A stretch of DNA of 64,000 nt, taken from contig JAHLLB010000011.1 in NCBI GenBank assembly GCA_020444425.1, forward strand, positions 19,915-83,914, in the 5' to 3' direction. Source of the stretch: a bacterium. Lineage in GTDB: Bacteria; Electryoneota; Electryoneia; Electryoneales; Electryoneaceae. Shown here one piece after another: positions 10,089 to 20,445 of the stretch. Each line of letters opens with the position of its first letter. Position 1 is the stretch's first letter. Under the pieces are notes generated by a model. It saw only the letters and a list, made by a program, of their open reading frames with translations. It made no database searches and was not told the DNA's origin. Both the position numbers and the translations under genes were made by a program.

Positions 10089-12884
10089 ATGAGTTGGAAC
10101 CTGAATAGTCTTCGGATGAAGCCGAAGCTGATCATTTTGTTCATGGTAGTGGGACTGGTGCCTGTTTTCGTGGTTTCCTGGCTTAGTCTCCACCGGGCAT
10201 CCGATGCGCTGATGGAAAAATCGTTTGACCAGCTGACCGCCATACGGGCGGCGAAGGTGGTTCAAATTGAAGATTATTTCGATCTTCGCATGGCGGACAT
10301 TAAGGTGTACGCGAACAACACTGCTGTTGCGATGGCGGCGGACCGATTCGCGAAAGCGTTCGAAGAGGGCGGCATTGGAAGCTCTCAATGGAATGAGTGG
10401 GACCGTCTCCATGGTACGAAGCTGCGTGATTACGTGGACCAGTACGGCTACTACGACCTGTTCTTCATCAATCCCAATGGCGACGTGGTCTGGACTGCTG
10501 CGCGCGAGGCGGACCTGGGAAAAAACGTGCACAACGGTCTTCTGGCGGGCAGCGGGTTGCAGGAAGCGTTTGAAAAGGGACAGCGTGGCACAAGCTTCAT
10601 CGACTATTCGATCTATGAGGTGTCGGACGATGCGGCAGGGTTTATTGCCAGCCCGATCGGTGCGATCAGTGGCGAGCAGAAGGGCGTGTTGGTTTATCAG
10701 TTGAGTATTGCACAGATAAACCGAATCATGGGCGAACGCAGCGGTCTGGGTAAAACGGGTGAATCCTATCTGGTGGGGCCGGACAATCGAATGCGTTCTG
10801 ACTCCTACCTTGATCCCGCAGGGCACAGCGTGACGGCCAGCTTTCAGGGCAGTGTAGCTCGAAACGGCGTGGATTCTGAAGCAACACGCAAAGCCCTGGC
10901 CGGTCAGACGGGCACGGAAGTCATCATTGACTACAACGGAAATCAGGTGCTGTCGTCATATGCACCCCTGAAAATGCCGGACGGCGATACCTGGGTGGTG
11001 ATTTCTGAGATTGACCTGGCCGAAGTGAAGGCTCCGGTGAATGCACTGCGCACCAACGTGATCATCATCAGCCTGGTTTTGCTTGGTCTTGTGATCGTGC
11101 TCGCGTTTGTTGTAAGCCAGGGGATAGCTTCCCCGATCACAAATCTGACCTCTTTGGCGAAACAGCTGGCGAAAGGTCACATCCGCACGGATGAAACCGT
11201 CGAAGAACTGGCTGGAATCCTGGCTCGAAATGATGAGCTGGGGGAAATCGGCAGGGCGTTCCAGGATCTTGGCAACTACATCCGCGGCAAGGCTGAAGCT
11301 TCACGACAGATTGCGAAAGGCAACACCGAAGCTCACATCGAACTGACGTCCAGTGAAGATGCCCTCGGTAAAGCGATGGTCGACATGCGTGACCGTATCA
11401 ATGGTCTGATTGAAGCAATGAATCACATGTCAACCGAGCATGACAAGGGGGATATCGACCGGCGCATCAACGAGCAGGATTTTGAAGGTGCATACCGCAC
11501 CATGGCGATCGGGGTGAATGAGATGGTCGCTGGTCACATCACTGTTAAGAAGAAAGCGATGGCCTGTGTTGCTGAATTCGGCAAAGGCAACTTCGATGCT
11601 GAGCTGGAGAAATTCCCCGGTAAGAAAGCATTCATCAATGATACCATCGAAGGAGTTCGCGGCAACCTTAAAGCCGTGATCAAAGACGTCAACGGTCTGA
11701 TCGAAGACGCGGTGAATGGTCGTTTGGATGCTCGTGCCGATTCCAGCCAACATGCGGGTGATTTCCAAGTGATGGTCAACGGCATCAACGAGATCCTGGA
11801 TGCAGTCATCGAGCCGGTGCAGGAAGCCGCCGCCGTACTCGACCGGATGGCGCAAGGTGATCTTACGGTCTCTGTCAAAGGCAACTACAAGGGTGATCAC
11901 GCGAAGATTAAAGACGCGCTTAACAGCACCCTGGACAGCCTGAACAATTTACTTGGTCAGGCGCAGAACGCAATCGAGCAGGTGACAAGTGGTTCGGAAC
12001 AGGTCTCCAGTTCGAGCCAGACGTTGAGTCAGGGCGCCACCGAGCAGGCCAGCAGCCTGGAGGAGGTTTCCAGTTCAATGACTCAACTGGATTCTCAAAC
12101 GACACAAAACTCGGAGAACGCTGGCGAGGCGAGCACGCTGTCCGGTCTGGCGCGCGATTCGGCCACGGAAGGCAATGCACATATGAAGGACATGCTCGCG
12201 GCGATGGTGGACATCAATGGGAAATCGTCCGAGGTGCAAAAGATCATCAAAGTGATCGACGAGATCGCGTTCCAGACAAACCTGCTTGCTTTGAACGCGG
12301 CGGTAGAAGCGGCCAGGGCCGGCGTGCATGGTAAGGGTTTCGCGGTGGTCGCGGAAGAGGTGCGCAATCTCGCTCAACGCAGCGCGAAGGCAGCAAAAGA
12401 AACCACTTCACTGATTGAAGGCAACATCTCCAGTGTGAGGAACGGCGCGGAAATCGCGGAACGCACTGCCAAATCGCTGGAAGAGATTATCGAGGGCATC
12501 AACAAAGCTACTGACCTGGTGAACGAGATCGCATCCGCCAGCAAGGAACAGTCCGCCGCAGTTGGTCAAGTAAATCTGGCACTTGGCCAGATCGACGAGG
12601 TGACTCAGTCGAATGCAGCCAACGCGGAAGAATCAGCCGCAGCTGCAGAGGAGTTGTCCGGCCAGGCGATCAACCTGCAGAGTATGATCGCCGAATTCAA
12701 ACTGCGGGATATGCTGAACCGGCATGGCGAAAAGGCCGCTGGAGCGGAGGCGAAAGGCAATGGCCGCCAGTCATACAGCGAAAACAACGACTACAGCAAC
12801 CACAACGGTAACAACCACGAAACAGAAAGGAGCTTGAATGAAGAGTTGATTCACCTTGACGATGACGATTTTCAGGATTTCTGA
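10089..12884 (+). CDS. Methyl-accepting chemotaxis protein (TM-dCache-TM, poly-HAMP, signalling domain)
   Basis: IAFQTNLLALNAAVEAARAGVHGKGFAVVAEEVRNLA. Two TM segments. C-terminal DFQDF pentapeptide. Confidence 0.96.
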   Translation: MSWNLNSLRMKPKLIILFMVVGLVPVFVVSWLSLHRASDALMEKSFDQLTAIRAAKVVQIEDYFDLRMADIKVYANNTAVAMAADRFAKAFEEGGIGSSQWNEWDRLHGTKLRDYVDQYGYYDLFFINPNGDVVWTAAREADLGKNVHNGLLAGSGLQEAFEKGQRGTSFIDYSIYEVSDDAAGFIASPIGAISGEQKGVLVYQLSIAQINRIMGERSGLGKTGESYLVGPDNRMRSDSYLDPAGHSVTASFQGSVARNGVDSEATRKALAGQTGTEVIIDYNGNQVLSSYAPLKMPDGDTWVVISEIDLAEVKAPVNALRTNVIIISLVLLGLVIVLAFVVSQGIASPITNLTSLAKQLAKGHIRTDETVEELAGILARNDELGEIGRAFQDLGNYIRGKAEASRQIAKGNTEAHIELTSSEDALGKAMVDMRDRINGLIEAMNHMSTEHDKGDIDRRINEQDFEGAYRTMAIGVNEMVAGHITVKKKAMACVAEFGKGNFDAELEKFPGKKAFINDTIEGVRGNLKAVIKDVNGLIEDAVNGRLDARADSSQHAGDFQVMVNGINEILDAVIEPVQEAAAVLDRMAQGDLTVSVKGNYKGDHAKIKDALNSTLDSLNNLLGQAQNAIEQVTSGSEQVSSSSQTLSQGATEQASSLEEVSSSMTQLDSQTTQNSENAGEASTLSGLARDSATEGNAHMKDMLAAMVDINGKSSEVQKIIKVIDEIAFQTNLLALNAAVEAARAGVHGKGFAVVAEEVRNLAQRSAKAAKETTSLIEGNISSVRNGAEIAERTAKSLEEIIEGINKATDLVNEIASASKEQSAAVGQVNLALGQIDEVTQSNAANAEESAAAAEELSGQAINLQSMIAEFKLRDMLNRHGEKAAGAEAKGNGRQSYSENNDYSNHNGNNHETERSLNEELIHLDDDDFQDF

Positions 12885-12933
12885 TTCACAAACCCCTGAA
12901 TAGCTTCATTGTGTTCCCGTGACCGGGGAGCAC

Positions 12934-12977
12934 ACAACGGACCGCTTACCCTTCCCGTGCGGTCCGTTGTTTGTTTG
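12934..12977 (+). terminator. Intrinsic terminator after the MCP
   Basis: 12-bp stem acaacggaccgc/gcggtccgttgt followed by ttgtttg. Confidence 0.7.
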
Positions 12978-13020
12978 TCTGGATTCTTGACTGATCAAGG
13001 ATCGTTCCAGTTCGCAAGAA

Positions 13021-16000
13021 TCAAGAGTTTTCAGCAAGAATACTCTGGATTTTCGCCAGCAACTGGGCGCGTGTGAACGGTTTCTGCAGGAAGTTCATTC
13101 CTTCGGAAAGCACGCCGCGTTCAGTAATGACATCGTCCGTGTAACCGGAGATAAACAACACTTGCAGATCTGGCTGGATTGAGAGCAGTCGTTCGTACAG
13201 TTCTTTCCCATTGACGCCGGGCATCACGACATCAGAGATCAGAAGCTGGATGTTGCCTTCCTGACGTTTAACCAGTTCCAGAGTGCGCTCCGGTTCATCC
13301 GGTACCAGGACAGTAAAGCCTGCACCCTTGAGAATTTTGCTCAGAATGCTCCTGATCAGTGGATCGTCCTCTGCGACCAGTATGGTTCCGGCGGCTTTCA
13401 GGCTGCCAAGTGATAAGGAAGGTTCCAAAACCTGCGAATCGAGTTCCCGGTCAACCAATTTGAAGTAGATAAAGAATGTAGTGCCGACTCCGGGTTCGCT
13501 GCTCACCTGGATGTCGCCGCCGTGTTGCTTGACGATTCCATGCACGGTGGACATTCCGAGCCCGGTACCCTTGCCTTTTTCCTTGGTGGTAAAGAACGGG
13601 TCAAACACCCGGTCGCGGACCTCTTCGCTCATACCACCGCCGGTATCGGCAAATTGCAGGCAGATGTAACGTCCTTCGGGAAGGTCGAGCTCGACGTTCG
13701 CGTCCTCATCGCGGATTTCTGCGACGTGTGTGGAAATGGAGAGCACTCCGCCATGTGGCATGGCGTCTTGCGCGTTGATCGAAAGATTCATCACGATTTG
13801 TTCGATCTGGTTGACGTCAGCGAAGATGGTATCTTCAGTGGCGGAAAGATCAAGGTTGAGTTGGATGTCCTCACGCAGTGTGCGTTGCAAAAGCAGCCTG
13901 AATTTATTCACCAGTTTGTTGACTTGGACCGGGCGGACCTCGAGAGTCTGTTTGCGGCTGAATGCAAGCAGCTGCGCGACCAGTTCCCGAGCGCTGTTAG
14001 CGGCTTCGATGATGCCTTCGGTGTATTCAAGTATTTCCTCATCTTGCACATCTTCGTGCAAGAAATCAGCGTTCACCATGATCGGCGTGAGCAAATTGTT
14101 GAGATCGTGTGCCACACCTCCTGCGAGCATGCCGATGGATTCGATTTTCTGAGACTGCACAAGCTGTCGTTCCAAGCTGTGCAGTTCTTCCTTGCGTTTG
14201 ATATCCTCTGTGACCTCCACTCCGAACTCGCTCATGCCGATGACGGTTTTTCCATCTTCGCCGAACACCGGGTAGCCGCGAAGGTGGAAGACACGACCAT
14301 CCGGGGTAGAAATGGTTCTCTCATGGGCTTCTCCGGTATCGCGGGCCATCAGGACCGGGCAGCTGTCGCAAGGTGTTTCCCTGCCATGCCAGTTTACATA
14401 ACACTTGCGACCGACCAGCTTGTCAGCGGTGGTGCCGGCAGATATTCCGGCAGCGCGGTTTGCCCATTGAATGGTGAGGTCGAGGTCATAGAAGGTGAAC
14501 ATTTCGCTGGTGGAATCGAGCACCATTGCCATCATCCGCTCGGACTCTCGAAGCGCATTTTCAGCGAGGGTCTGCTGGGTCACATCACGCACAATGGAAA
14601 GGGCGTTCGATTTGCCTTTGGGGACCATGCGCGCTTCGAAGTAGCGGGTTTCACCATCATGTTCCATGGTGTACTTGTAGATCTGGATGGACCTGGATTC
14701 GAGTACTCTGGTGATATTCGTCCGTGTGAGCTCGGCGAAGAAGTCGCCGAGTACTTCGCGAACATTTTTGCCGATAAACTGATCTTTAGGAATGGCGAAT
14801 TGCGCTGGATCTGGCGCGTGGGCGTCGATGAAGGTACCCTCCCGGTCGAATTCGAAATAGATGTCGGGTAGGGCGGAAACAATCGAACGGTTCTGTTCCT
14901 CACTGCGCCGCAACAATTCTTCAGCTTCCTTCCTTTCGGTGATGTCAACATGCGCGCCCATGACCCGGACCGGTGTATTATCATCCTCGCGCATGATGGA
15001 GGCATTCACAAAGATCCAGCGCCAGGATCCATCCTTGTGCTTGAAGCGGAATTCAAGCTGGTAGGCGGAGTTGCGGCTCTTCAGAGCATCGTTGACGACT
15101 TGCAGGTTTGGCTCCAGATCATCCGGATGCACTCGCTTGTGCCACTCCTCAAAATCATCGCCGATCTCATCGACAGCATAGCCGATCTGCGCTTTCCATT
15201 CCGGAGAATAGTAGACCTTGTCGGTGGCGAGATCCCAGTCCCAGAGGCCGACTTTCCCGGCCTTGACGGCAGCCTCCTGGCGCAACAGGGCTTCCAGCAG
15301 CTGTTTTTCAGCTTTCTTGCGTTCTGTAATATCAACGCAATAGGCCATGAAGTGATCGTCATTGATCGCGACCGCGACCAGAGTAACATCAACTTCGGAC
15401 CCGTCTTTTCGCTTCAACCGGCCGTCGTGCTGGATCTTGCTGGTCTGCTTGAGATTGTTGAAATGCACATAGGGGTCGGGTCCAATCCTGCCGGTGGCCA
15501 CATCCGGGATCGCGAGCTGGATCAGTTCGTCGCGGGTGTAACCGAGCAGTTCGCAGGCAGCATTGTTGACATCAACGTAGCGGCCTTCACTGTCCGTGAC
15601 GAAGATGGCGGCGGGAGAATGGTTGACATAGCTGCGGTATTTCTTTTCACTTTCCTGCAGGGCCTTTTCGGCCTGTTTCCGTTCGGTGATGTCCAGGGAG
15701 ATGCTCATCACCTGATCCGCTTCAGCGGTATCCCCCGTCACCAGAACGGATTGATTGGAATAGAGCCGTCCTCGGAACTCGACCTCGTAGTAAACCTCTT
15801 CACCACTGAAGGCTCGTTCAATATTGAATTCCAAGGTTTCCCAGAGTTCAGGAAAGACATCTCGTACATGTCGCCCAATGATGTCCTCACTGGTAAGACC
15901 GGCTTCTTCAAGCGCTTTCCCGTCTGCTGAGAGATATCGCCAGTCTCTTCCGATGATAAAGAGTGCACCGTCCGGGAAATTCTCGGCAAGCGAACGATAG

Positions 16001-18648
16001 CGTGCCTCGCTTCGTCTCAGTGCTTCTTCAGCCAGTCTCTGTTCGGTGACATCCCGGCAAATTCCACCGACGGCGACGATCTCCTCGTTTCCATTGCGAA
16101 TTGGGTAATATGTGGTGCTGTCGACGAAGATCTTACCCCCCATCTCGTAGCTGTGCTCAATGCGTTGCACATTGCCCGAGGCAAAGACTTTTTCGTGGTG
16201 TATGCGGAACCTGTCCGCGAGGTCACCGAGGGTTTCCCTCATAGGTTTATTAACGATGTCTGTGGGTTGAATACCCATGTCGCTTAGACGTCTCCCGCCG
16301 GCGGTGCGGGTAATGCCTGCCTGGTCCACACTGAAAATCAAGTCCTCACTGGATTCAACCAGGCTGCGGTATTGCTCCTCGCTGCGGTAAAGGGCTTCCT
16401 CCGCTCGCTTGCGCTCGGAAATATCCAGCGCGGTAAACGTAACGCCTTTTGAGAGATCCTCTGGATCCAGTGGTGATGAAGAGAGCAGCACGTCGATTAT
16501 ACGACCATCTTTGCGTTGGAATCGGGTTTCAACGGTTCCAATGTTGTGCTTCCGAATCTGATCGTATTTGACCCTACCGACATATTCATAATCTGCGTCA
16601 GAAGGGTAGATAATCCTCGAATTTTTGCCCAGTAATTCTTCTTCCCTGTACCCGACCATTTCACAAATCTGTGCATTGACTTCAGCGAAAACCCTGTTAT
16701 GCACAACACCAATGCCAGCCGGAGCAGCCTGGAAGATGCTTCTGATCCTCGCTTCATCTGTAGCAATCTGGTGTTCTAATTCTTTGTGTTCGGTGATATC
16801 GCGAGTGATGGATAGAATGACCGCTTCATCTCCAATCGTAACAACCCGGGCGGACATCAGAGCGGTATGAATATTGCCGGATTTGTCGCGAAAGCGAGCT
16901 TCGAAATTGTTAACTACACCTTTGTTCCGCAACATGGTCACCAGCTTAGTGCGGTCATCCGGATTGTCCCAGATATTCAGTTCGAGGGATGACTTGTCCT
17001 TGACATCCTCCCAGGTGTACCCCATGAGCTCGGTAAAGCTTTCATTGATCTCTAAATACTTTCCGTCTTCAAGCCTGTTGAGGTTGATTGCATCAGGGCT
17101 GGTTTTAAAGGCCAGGCGAAATTTCTCTTCGCTAATATTCAAGTCTTCACGCAGCTTGTATTCCTCAGTCACGTCGCGGAAAACCAGCACGGCTCCGACG
17201 ATGACGCCGTCCGGAGTTATAATCGGTGCTGCGCTGTCCGCAATCTGGTATTCCGTCCCATCTTTACGAATCAGTTTGGTGTGATTAGCTAGCCCGACAA
17301 TGAGACCCTCTTGCATCGCACGGAAAGCCGGATTCTCGGCGGGCGTTCCGGTTTGAGCGTTCTGGATGATGAACACATCCTGGAGCGACCGTCCGACAGC
17401 GTTCTCCTCGGTCCAGCCAATGAGTTTCTCTGCGACTGGATTCAGCGCGGTGACGTTCGCGTCGGTATCAACGGTTAACACCGCATCTCCGATGGAATTC
17501 AGAGTGGTGGCAAGGAAATCCTTCTGTTGTTGAAGTTCAGATTCCGCGCGCTGCCGATCCGCTTCCTGCTCAAAGCGATCGATGGCGAGTGCAATATCGC
17601 CTGCGAGCTCGATGATCAACTCTCGCTCTTCCTCATCCTGGTACGTGGTGTCGGTGATCGACACTCCGATGGCGCCGTAGAGCTGATCGCCGAAACGCAG
17701 GGCGGCTGTGAGGCCGGCACGGTTGGCATAGAAGCCGCTGATTTCACAATTACCACAATCAACCTCACCGGGCTGTGAAAACACGGCATCTTTACTGGAC
17801 CGGATCGCCTCGATCACACATGCGGGCGCTGCCTTATCAACCCAGTCCGAAATGCACTCGACGAGCGGGTCCGGACCGCTGGCATGTGCTTCGGTTACGT
17901 TGTTCTCATCGTCTGTGAGCAGGATCCAAGCGATTTCATAGCCGCGAGTCTCGGTGAGGACATCTAGACTGTCGTCAAGCAGATGACCAAGGTCTTCGGT
18001 CTCGCGTGCGATCAACTGGTTGACGATGCGTACAGCGGTCAGGACCTGGGTGAGGTGATTGGCGCGTTCCCGCGCGCGTGTTTCCTCGGTAATATCACTG
18101 ATGGTGATCAGTAGACTCAGACCTTCTTCGTTCTCAATTTTTGAATCGCGTGCAATGTATGAGGGGACAGCCTCCAGTCGGGCGTGGAAAGACACTCCTT
18201 CCCTGCCATGCATCCAGAGCTCCATCCGTTTTTCGCCGGGATCCTTGAAAAATGCCCGGTAACGAGTGAGGAAGACAGAGCGGTCCGTATCGAGGATGAG
18301 ATCGGCGAACGGTTTGCAGGTCACATGCTCTGGCTCGCGCCCAATCATCGAGGTAAACGTGTTGTTTGTACGCTGGACAATTCCGGCTGAGTCGAGGACG
18401 GCGTACCCGACGGGGGCCTGGTTATAAAGCCTGGAGAAGTGGTTTCGGGTTTCCTCGAGAATGCGAGTGGTGTCCAGGAGCTGCTCGTTTTGCAGCTCAA
18501 GCTCTATCTGATAATCCCGGAGCTCCTGCAGCAGGTTCTTTACCTGATCAGGGCTCAAATCTTTCAGCGAATCCGGCTTGCTTTCGAACACATCCATGGC
18601 TCGTTTGCGGAGCTGTTCCAAGGACTCTGATTGCGGCTTGTCCATCTC
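13021..18648 (-). CDS. Giant cytoplasmic hybrid histidine kinase (about 10 PAS/PAC + GAF + HisKA + HATPase + REC)
   Basis: Repeated D(I/V)TERK.AE linkers, a GAF domain, AHDLNNLL, NAQDA, PFFTTKEKGKGTGLG and REC. Start placed at MDKPQ after GGAG. Confidence 0.93.
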   Translation of the reverse strand, partial: EMDKPQSESLEQLRKRAMDVFESKPDSLKDLSPDQVKNLLQELRDYQIELELQNEQLLDTTRILEETRNHFSRLYNQAPVGYAVLDSAGIVQRTNNTFTSMIGREPEHVTCKPFADLILDTDRSVFLTRYRAFFKDPGEKRMELWMHGREGVSFHARLEAVPSYIARDSKIENEEGLSLLITISDITEETRARERANHLTQVLTAVRIVNQLIARETEDLGHLLDDSLDVLTETRGYEIAWILLTDDENNVTEAHASGPDPLVECISDWVDKAAPACVIEAIRSSKDAVFSQPGEVDCGNCEISGFYANRAGLTAALRFGDQLYGAIGVSITDTTYQDEEERELIIELAGDIALAIDRFEQEADRQRAESELQQQKDFLATTLNSIGDAVLTVDTDANVTALNPVAEKLIGWTEENAVGRSLQDVFIIQNAQTGTPAENPAFRAMQEGLIVGLANHTKLIRKDGTEYQIADSAAPIITPDGVIVGAVLVFRDVTEEYKLREDLNISEEKFRLAFKTSPDAINLNRLEDGKYLEINESFTELMGYTWEDVKDKSSLELNIWDNPDDRTKLVTMLRNKGVVNNFEARFRDKSGNIHTALMSARVVTIGDEAVILSITRDITEHKELEHQIATDEARIRSIFQAAPAGIGVVHNRVFAEVNAQICEMVGYREEELLGKNSRIIYPSDADYEYVGRVKYDQIRKHNIGTVETRFQRKDGRIIDVLLSSSPLDPEDLSKGVTFTALDISERKRAEEALYRSEEQYRSLVESSEDLIFSVDQAGITRTAGGRRLSDMGIQPTDIVNKPMRETLGDLADRFRIHHEKVFASGNVQRIEHSYEMGGKIFVDSTTYYPIRNGNEEIVAVGGICRDVTEQRLAEEALRRSEARYRSLAENFPDGALFIIGRDWRYLSADGKALEEAGLTSEDIIGRHVRDVFPELWETLEFNIERAFSGEEVYYEVEFRGRLYSNQSVLVTGDTAEADQVMSISLDITERKQAEKALQESEKKYRSYVNHSPAAIFVTDSEGRYVDVNNAACELLGYTRDELIQLAIPDVATGRIGPDPYVHFNNLKQTSKIQHDGRLKRKDGSEVDVTLVAVAINDDHFMAYCVDITERKKAEKQLLEALLRQEAAVKAGKVGLWDWDLATDKVYYSPEWKAQIGYAVDEIGDDFEEWHKRVHPDDLEPNLQVVNDALKSRNSAYQLEFRFKHKDGSWRWIFVNASIMREDDNTPVRVMGAHVDITERKEAEELLRRSEEQNRSIVSALPDIYFEFDREGTFIDAHAPDPAQFAIPKDQFIGKNVREVLGDFFAELTRTNITRVLESRSIQIYKYTMEHDGETRYFEARMVPKGKSNALSIVRDVTQQTLAENALRESERMMAMVLDSTSEMFTFYDLDLTIQWANRAAGISAGTTADKLVGRKCYVNWHGRETPCDSCPVLMARDTGEAHERTISTPDGRVFHLRGYPVFGEDGKTVIGMSEFGVEVTEDIKRKEELHSLERQLVQSQKIESIGMLAGGVAHDLNNLLTPIMVNADFLHEDVQDEEILEYTEGIIEAANSARELVAQLLAFSRKQTLEVRPVQVNKLVNKFRLLLQRTLREDIQLNLDLSATEDTIFADVNQIEQIVMNLSINAQDAMPHGGVLSISTHVAEIRDEDANVELDLPEGRYICLQFADTGGGMSEEVRDRVFDPFFTTKEKGKGTGLGMSTVHGIVKQHGGDIQVSSEPGVGTTFFIYFKLVDRELDSQVLEPSLSLGSLKAAGTILVAEDDPLIRSILSKILKGAGFTVLVPDEPERTLELVKRQEGNIQLLISDVVMPGVNGKELYERLLSIQPDLQVLFISGYTDDVITERGVLSEGMNFLQKPFTRAQLLAKIQSILAENS

Positions 18649-18708
18649 ATCATCTCCAAAAAACGATGGTAAATCCAGCAAGCGTACGCTGAGTTGTTGC
18701 TCGGCCAG

Positions 18709-19005
18709 CTACGCGGTACCAAACGGGCTGCAATCGTCGTAAGATACCATATTACGACCTCGGTCAACGAAGCTGATACAACTGTCGCTAAGGGTTAGGA
18801 TGCTCTATCTCACGGGGTATTCGTCGGTTTATCCCTTCAACTGCGCCTTCATCACTTCCATCATGTACTCCGAATAATCAGAATGGATGTAAATAGTCCG
18901 GAAGTCAAGAGTAGTCCCGAGCTCGTCGCGACGGCAACCGACCAGCTCCACCTTGCCCCGGCTGACTTCGATCGCGTTTGATGCCACGCTCCAGTCCCAC
19001 CTTGC
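18709..19005 (-). pseudogene. Decayed PAS_3/PAC domain fragment
   Basis: One frame reads WDWSVASNAIEVS...IHSDY...AQLKG*TDEYPVR*SILT...FVDRGR.., following the WDWD..IHPDD..EY.I....DRGR pattern with two internal stops. Confidence 0.6.
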
Positions 19006-19059
19006 TAAGGTCGTTCTGTAAACTCCGTCGCGATGCCCTACGCACCATGCCACGTGCTA

Positions 19060-20147
19060 TAGTGGTTCTCATTATTTGGTTGTGATAGCGCATGCGGATC
19101 GGACCAGATTCGGGTTTGCCTCGTAGTAGCCCATTGCGTTGGTGACCCGCTGTTCGAGCGGCTCTTTGTCAGAGGGTATCCACCCGTTGAAGAAGCGTTT
19201 CTTCAGGACCAGCCAGAGTGTCTCGATCGGGTTCAGATCGGGACTGTGGGCCGGCAGGTACAGCGGCTCGATTCAGCCCCAGTCCAGGTCGCGACCGTGA
19301 TGGAAGCGGATGTTGTCCAGTACCATGATCGTGCGCCGGTTCGGGTCGATTCGTTCCTGCATCTGGTTGAGGAAGTGCTGGAACAGTTTGCCGTTGCCGT
19401 GACTGGCGATGAACGCGAAGAAGCGTCCATCCATCGGCCGGACCGCGCCGAAGACGTTGACGTGCTGGTGCGTGACCAGCCGTGGCACGACCGGTTTGCT
19501 GCCACGCGGTGCCCAGACCCGGTAGGCGGCTGGATCAGCCCAGAAGGCCACTTCGTCCTGGAACCACAAGTCCGGTTCCTTCGGCAACAGCAGGCGGACG
19601 GTTTCGACAAAGGCTGCACGTTTGACCGGATCGGCTTTCACCGCCTTCGGACGTGGCTGGATGCGGGTAAAACCCCACTCGTGCAGGTTGCGGCAGAGGG
19701 TGGAATAACCTACTTCCACGGAGTTTTTTTTAGATACCCGTGGATCGCGATGGCTGACCAGGGTTTGCCATCTTCATCGATTCCGCCGATCCGTTCAACG
19801 ACCAGATCCTTGAAATCCGGATCGATCTTGCGGGGTCGGCCGGATCGCGGACGGGTACGAAGGGCTTCGATGCCGCCTTCGTTCCACCGGTGGACCCAGT
19901 TGCGCAGGGTCGAGGACTGGATCGAAAGCAGCTCGCAGACGTCACGGACGGTTTTCCCGAGCAGGCGGTGACGAATCGCCTGCAGCCGCACCAGATGGTC
20001 GGCGTCACGCGTCTTCCGGATGGCTGCCTGAACGGCGTCAGCATCCCCGAAACGCGGATCGGGCTGAATTGCAGGTGGCATGGCCTGAAGATACTGTCAA
20101 AGAGCTCTCCGTGCGAGAGCATCAACACGGACTTTCAAGAACGACTA
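19060..20147 (-). mobile_element. IS630-family insertion sequence (1088 bp)
   Basis: Terminal IRs TAGTGGTTCT and TAGTCGTTCT. TA duplication at 19058-59 and 20148-49, reconstructing a CTAG target. Confidence 0.92.
19072..20081 (-). pseudogene. IS630 transposase: -1 frameshift at an A8 run plus an in-frame TGA
   Basis: HTH orfA, then A8 at 19724-19731, then WFQDE...LDN...DWG*IEPLYLPAHSPDLNPIE. The TGA at 19273-19275 precedes the catalytic Glu. Confidence 0.88.
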
Positions 20148-20321
20148 TAGAATATGCAGAAGCGCGATAGCTGTTTTGCTTGACCAACAGTGTAACATGT
20201 CCGTTTTTGCGAGTCAATTTTGATTTTGATGTCGGAATATTTCATGATTTTGGATAAAAAGCTACTCTACGTGGTATTTCAGGCCTTAGCGTGGAATGGG
20301 GGATGATAGAATAATGGTACC

Positions 20322-20367
20322 AAACACAAACGCCTCAGGCTGGTAGCAGCCTAAGGCGTTGTTTTTT
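20322..20367 (-). terminator. Island-borne terminator hairpin downstream of tRNA-Lys
   Basis: Stem aacgcctcaggctg/cagcctaaggcgtt with T-rich runs on both strands. Confidence 0.65.
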
Positions 20368-20372
20368 AAAGG

Positions 20373-20445
20373 TGCGCCATCAGGGACTTGAACCCCGAAC
20401 CTGCGGATTAAGAGTCCGTTGCTCTGCCAATTGAGCTAATGGCGC
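20373..20445 (-). tRNA. tRNA-Lys(CTT)
   Basis: GCGCCAT acceptor stem, TAGCTCAATTGGCAGAGC D-arm, CGGA-CTCTTAA-TCCG anticodon arm, GTTCAAG T-loop. A full CCA is not encoded. Confidence 0.96.

Larger units (their letters stand above)
3812..20412. mobile_element. tRNA-Lys-integrated genomic island (~16.6 kb) carrying signal-transduction genes; no integrase visible
   Basis: Bounded by the intact tRNA and its 41-bp duplication. IS remnants near both ends. AT-rich spacers and visibly lower GC than the flanks. Confidence 0.88.

Noticed and set aside
19273-19275. In-frame TGA as selenocysteine or alternative genetic code
   Set aside because: It sits at a non-catalytic position of a transposase, and TGA ends many normal genes in this window. 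A nonsense mutation is the simpler explanation.
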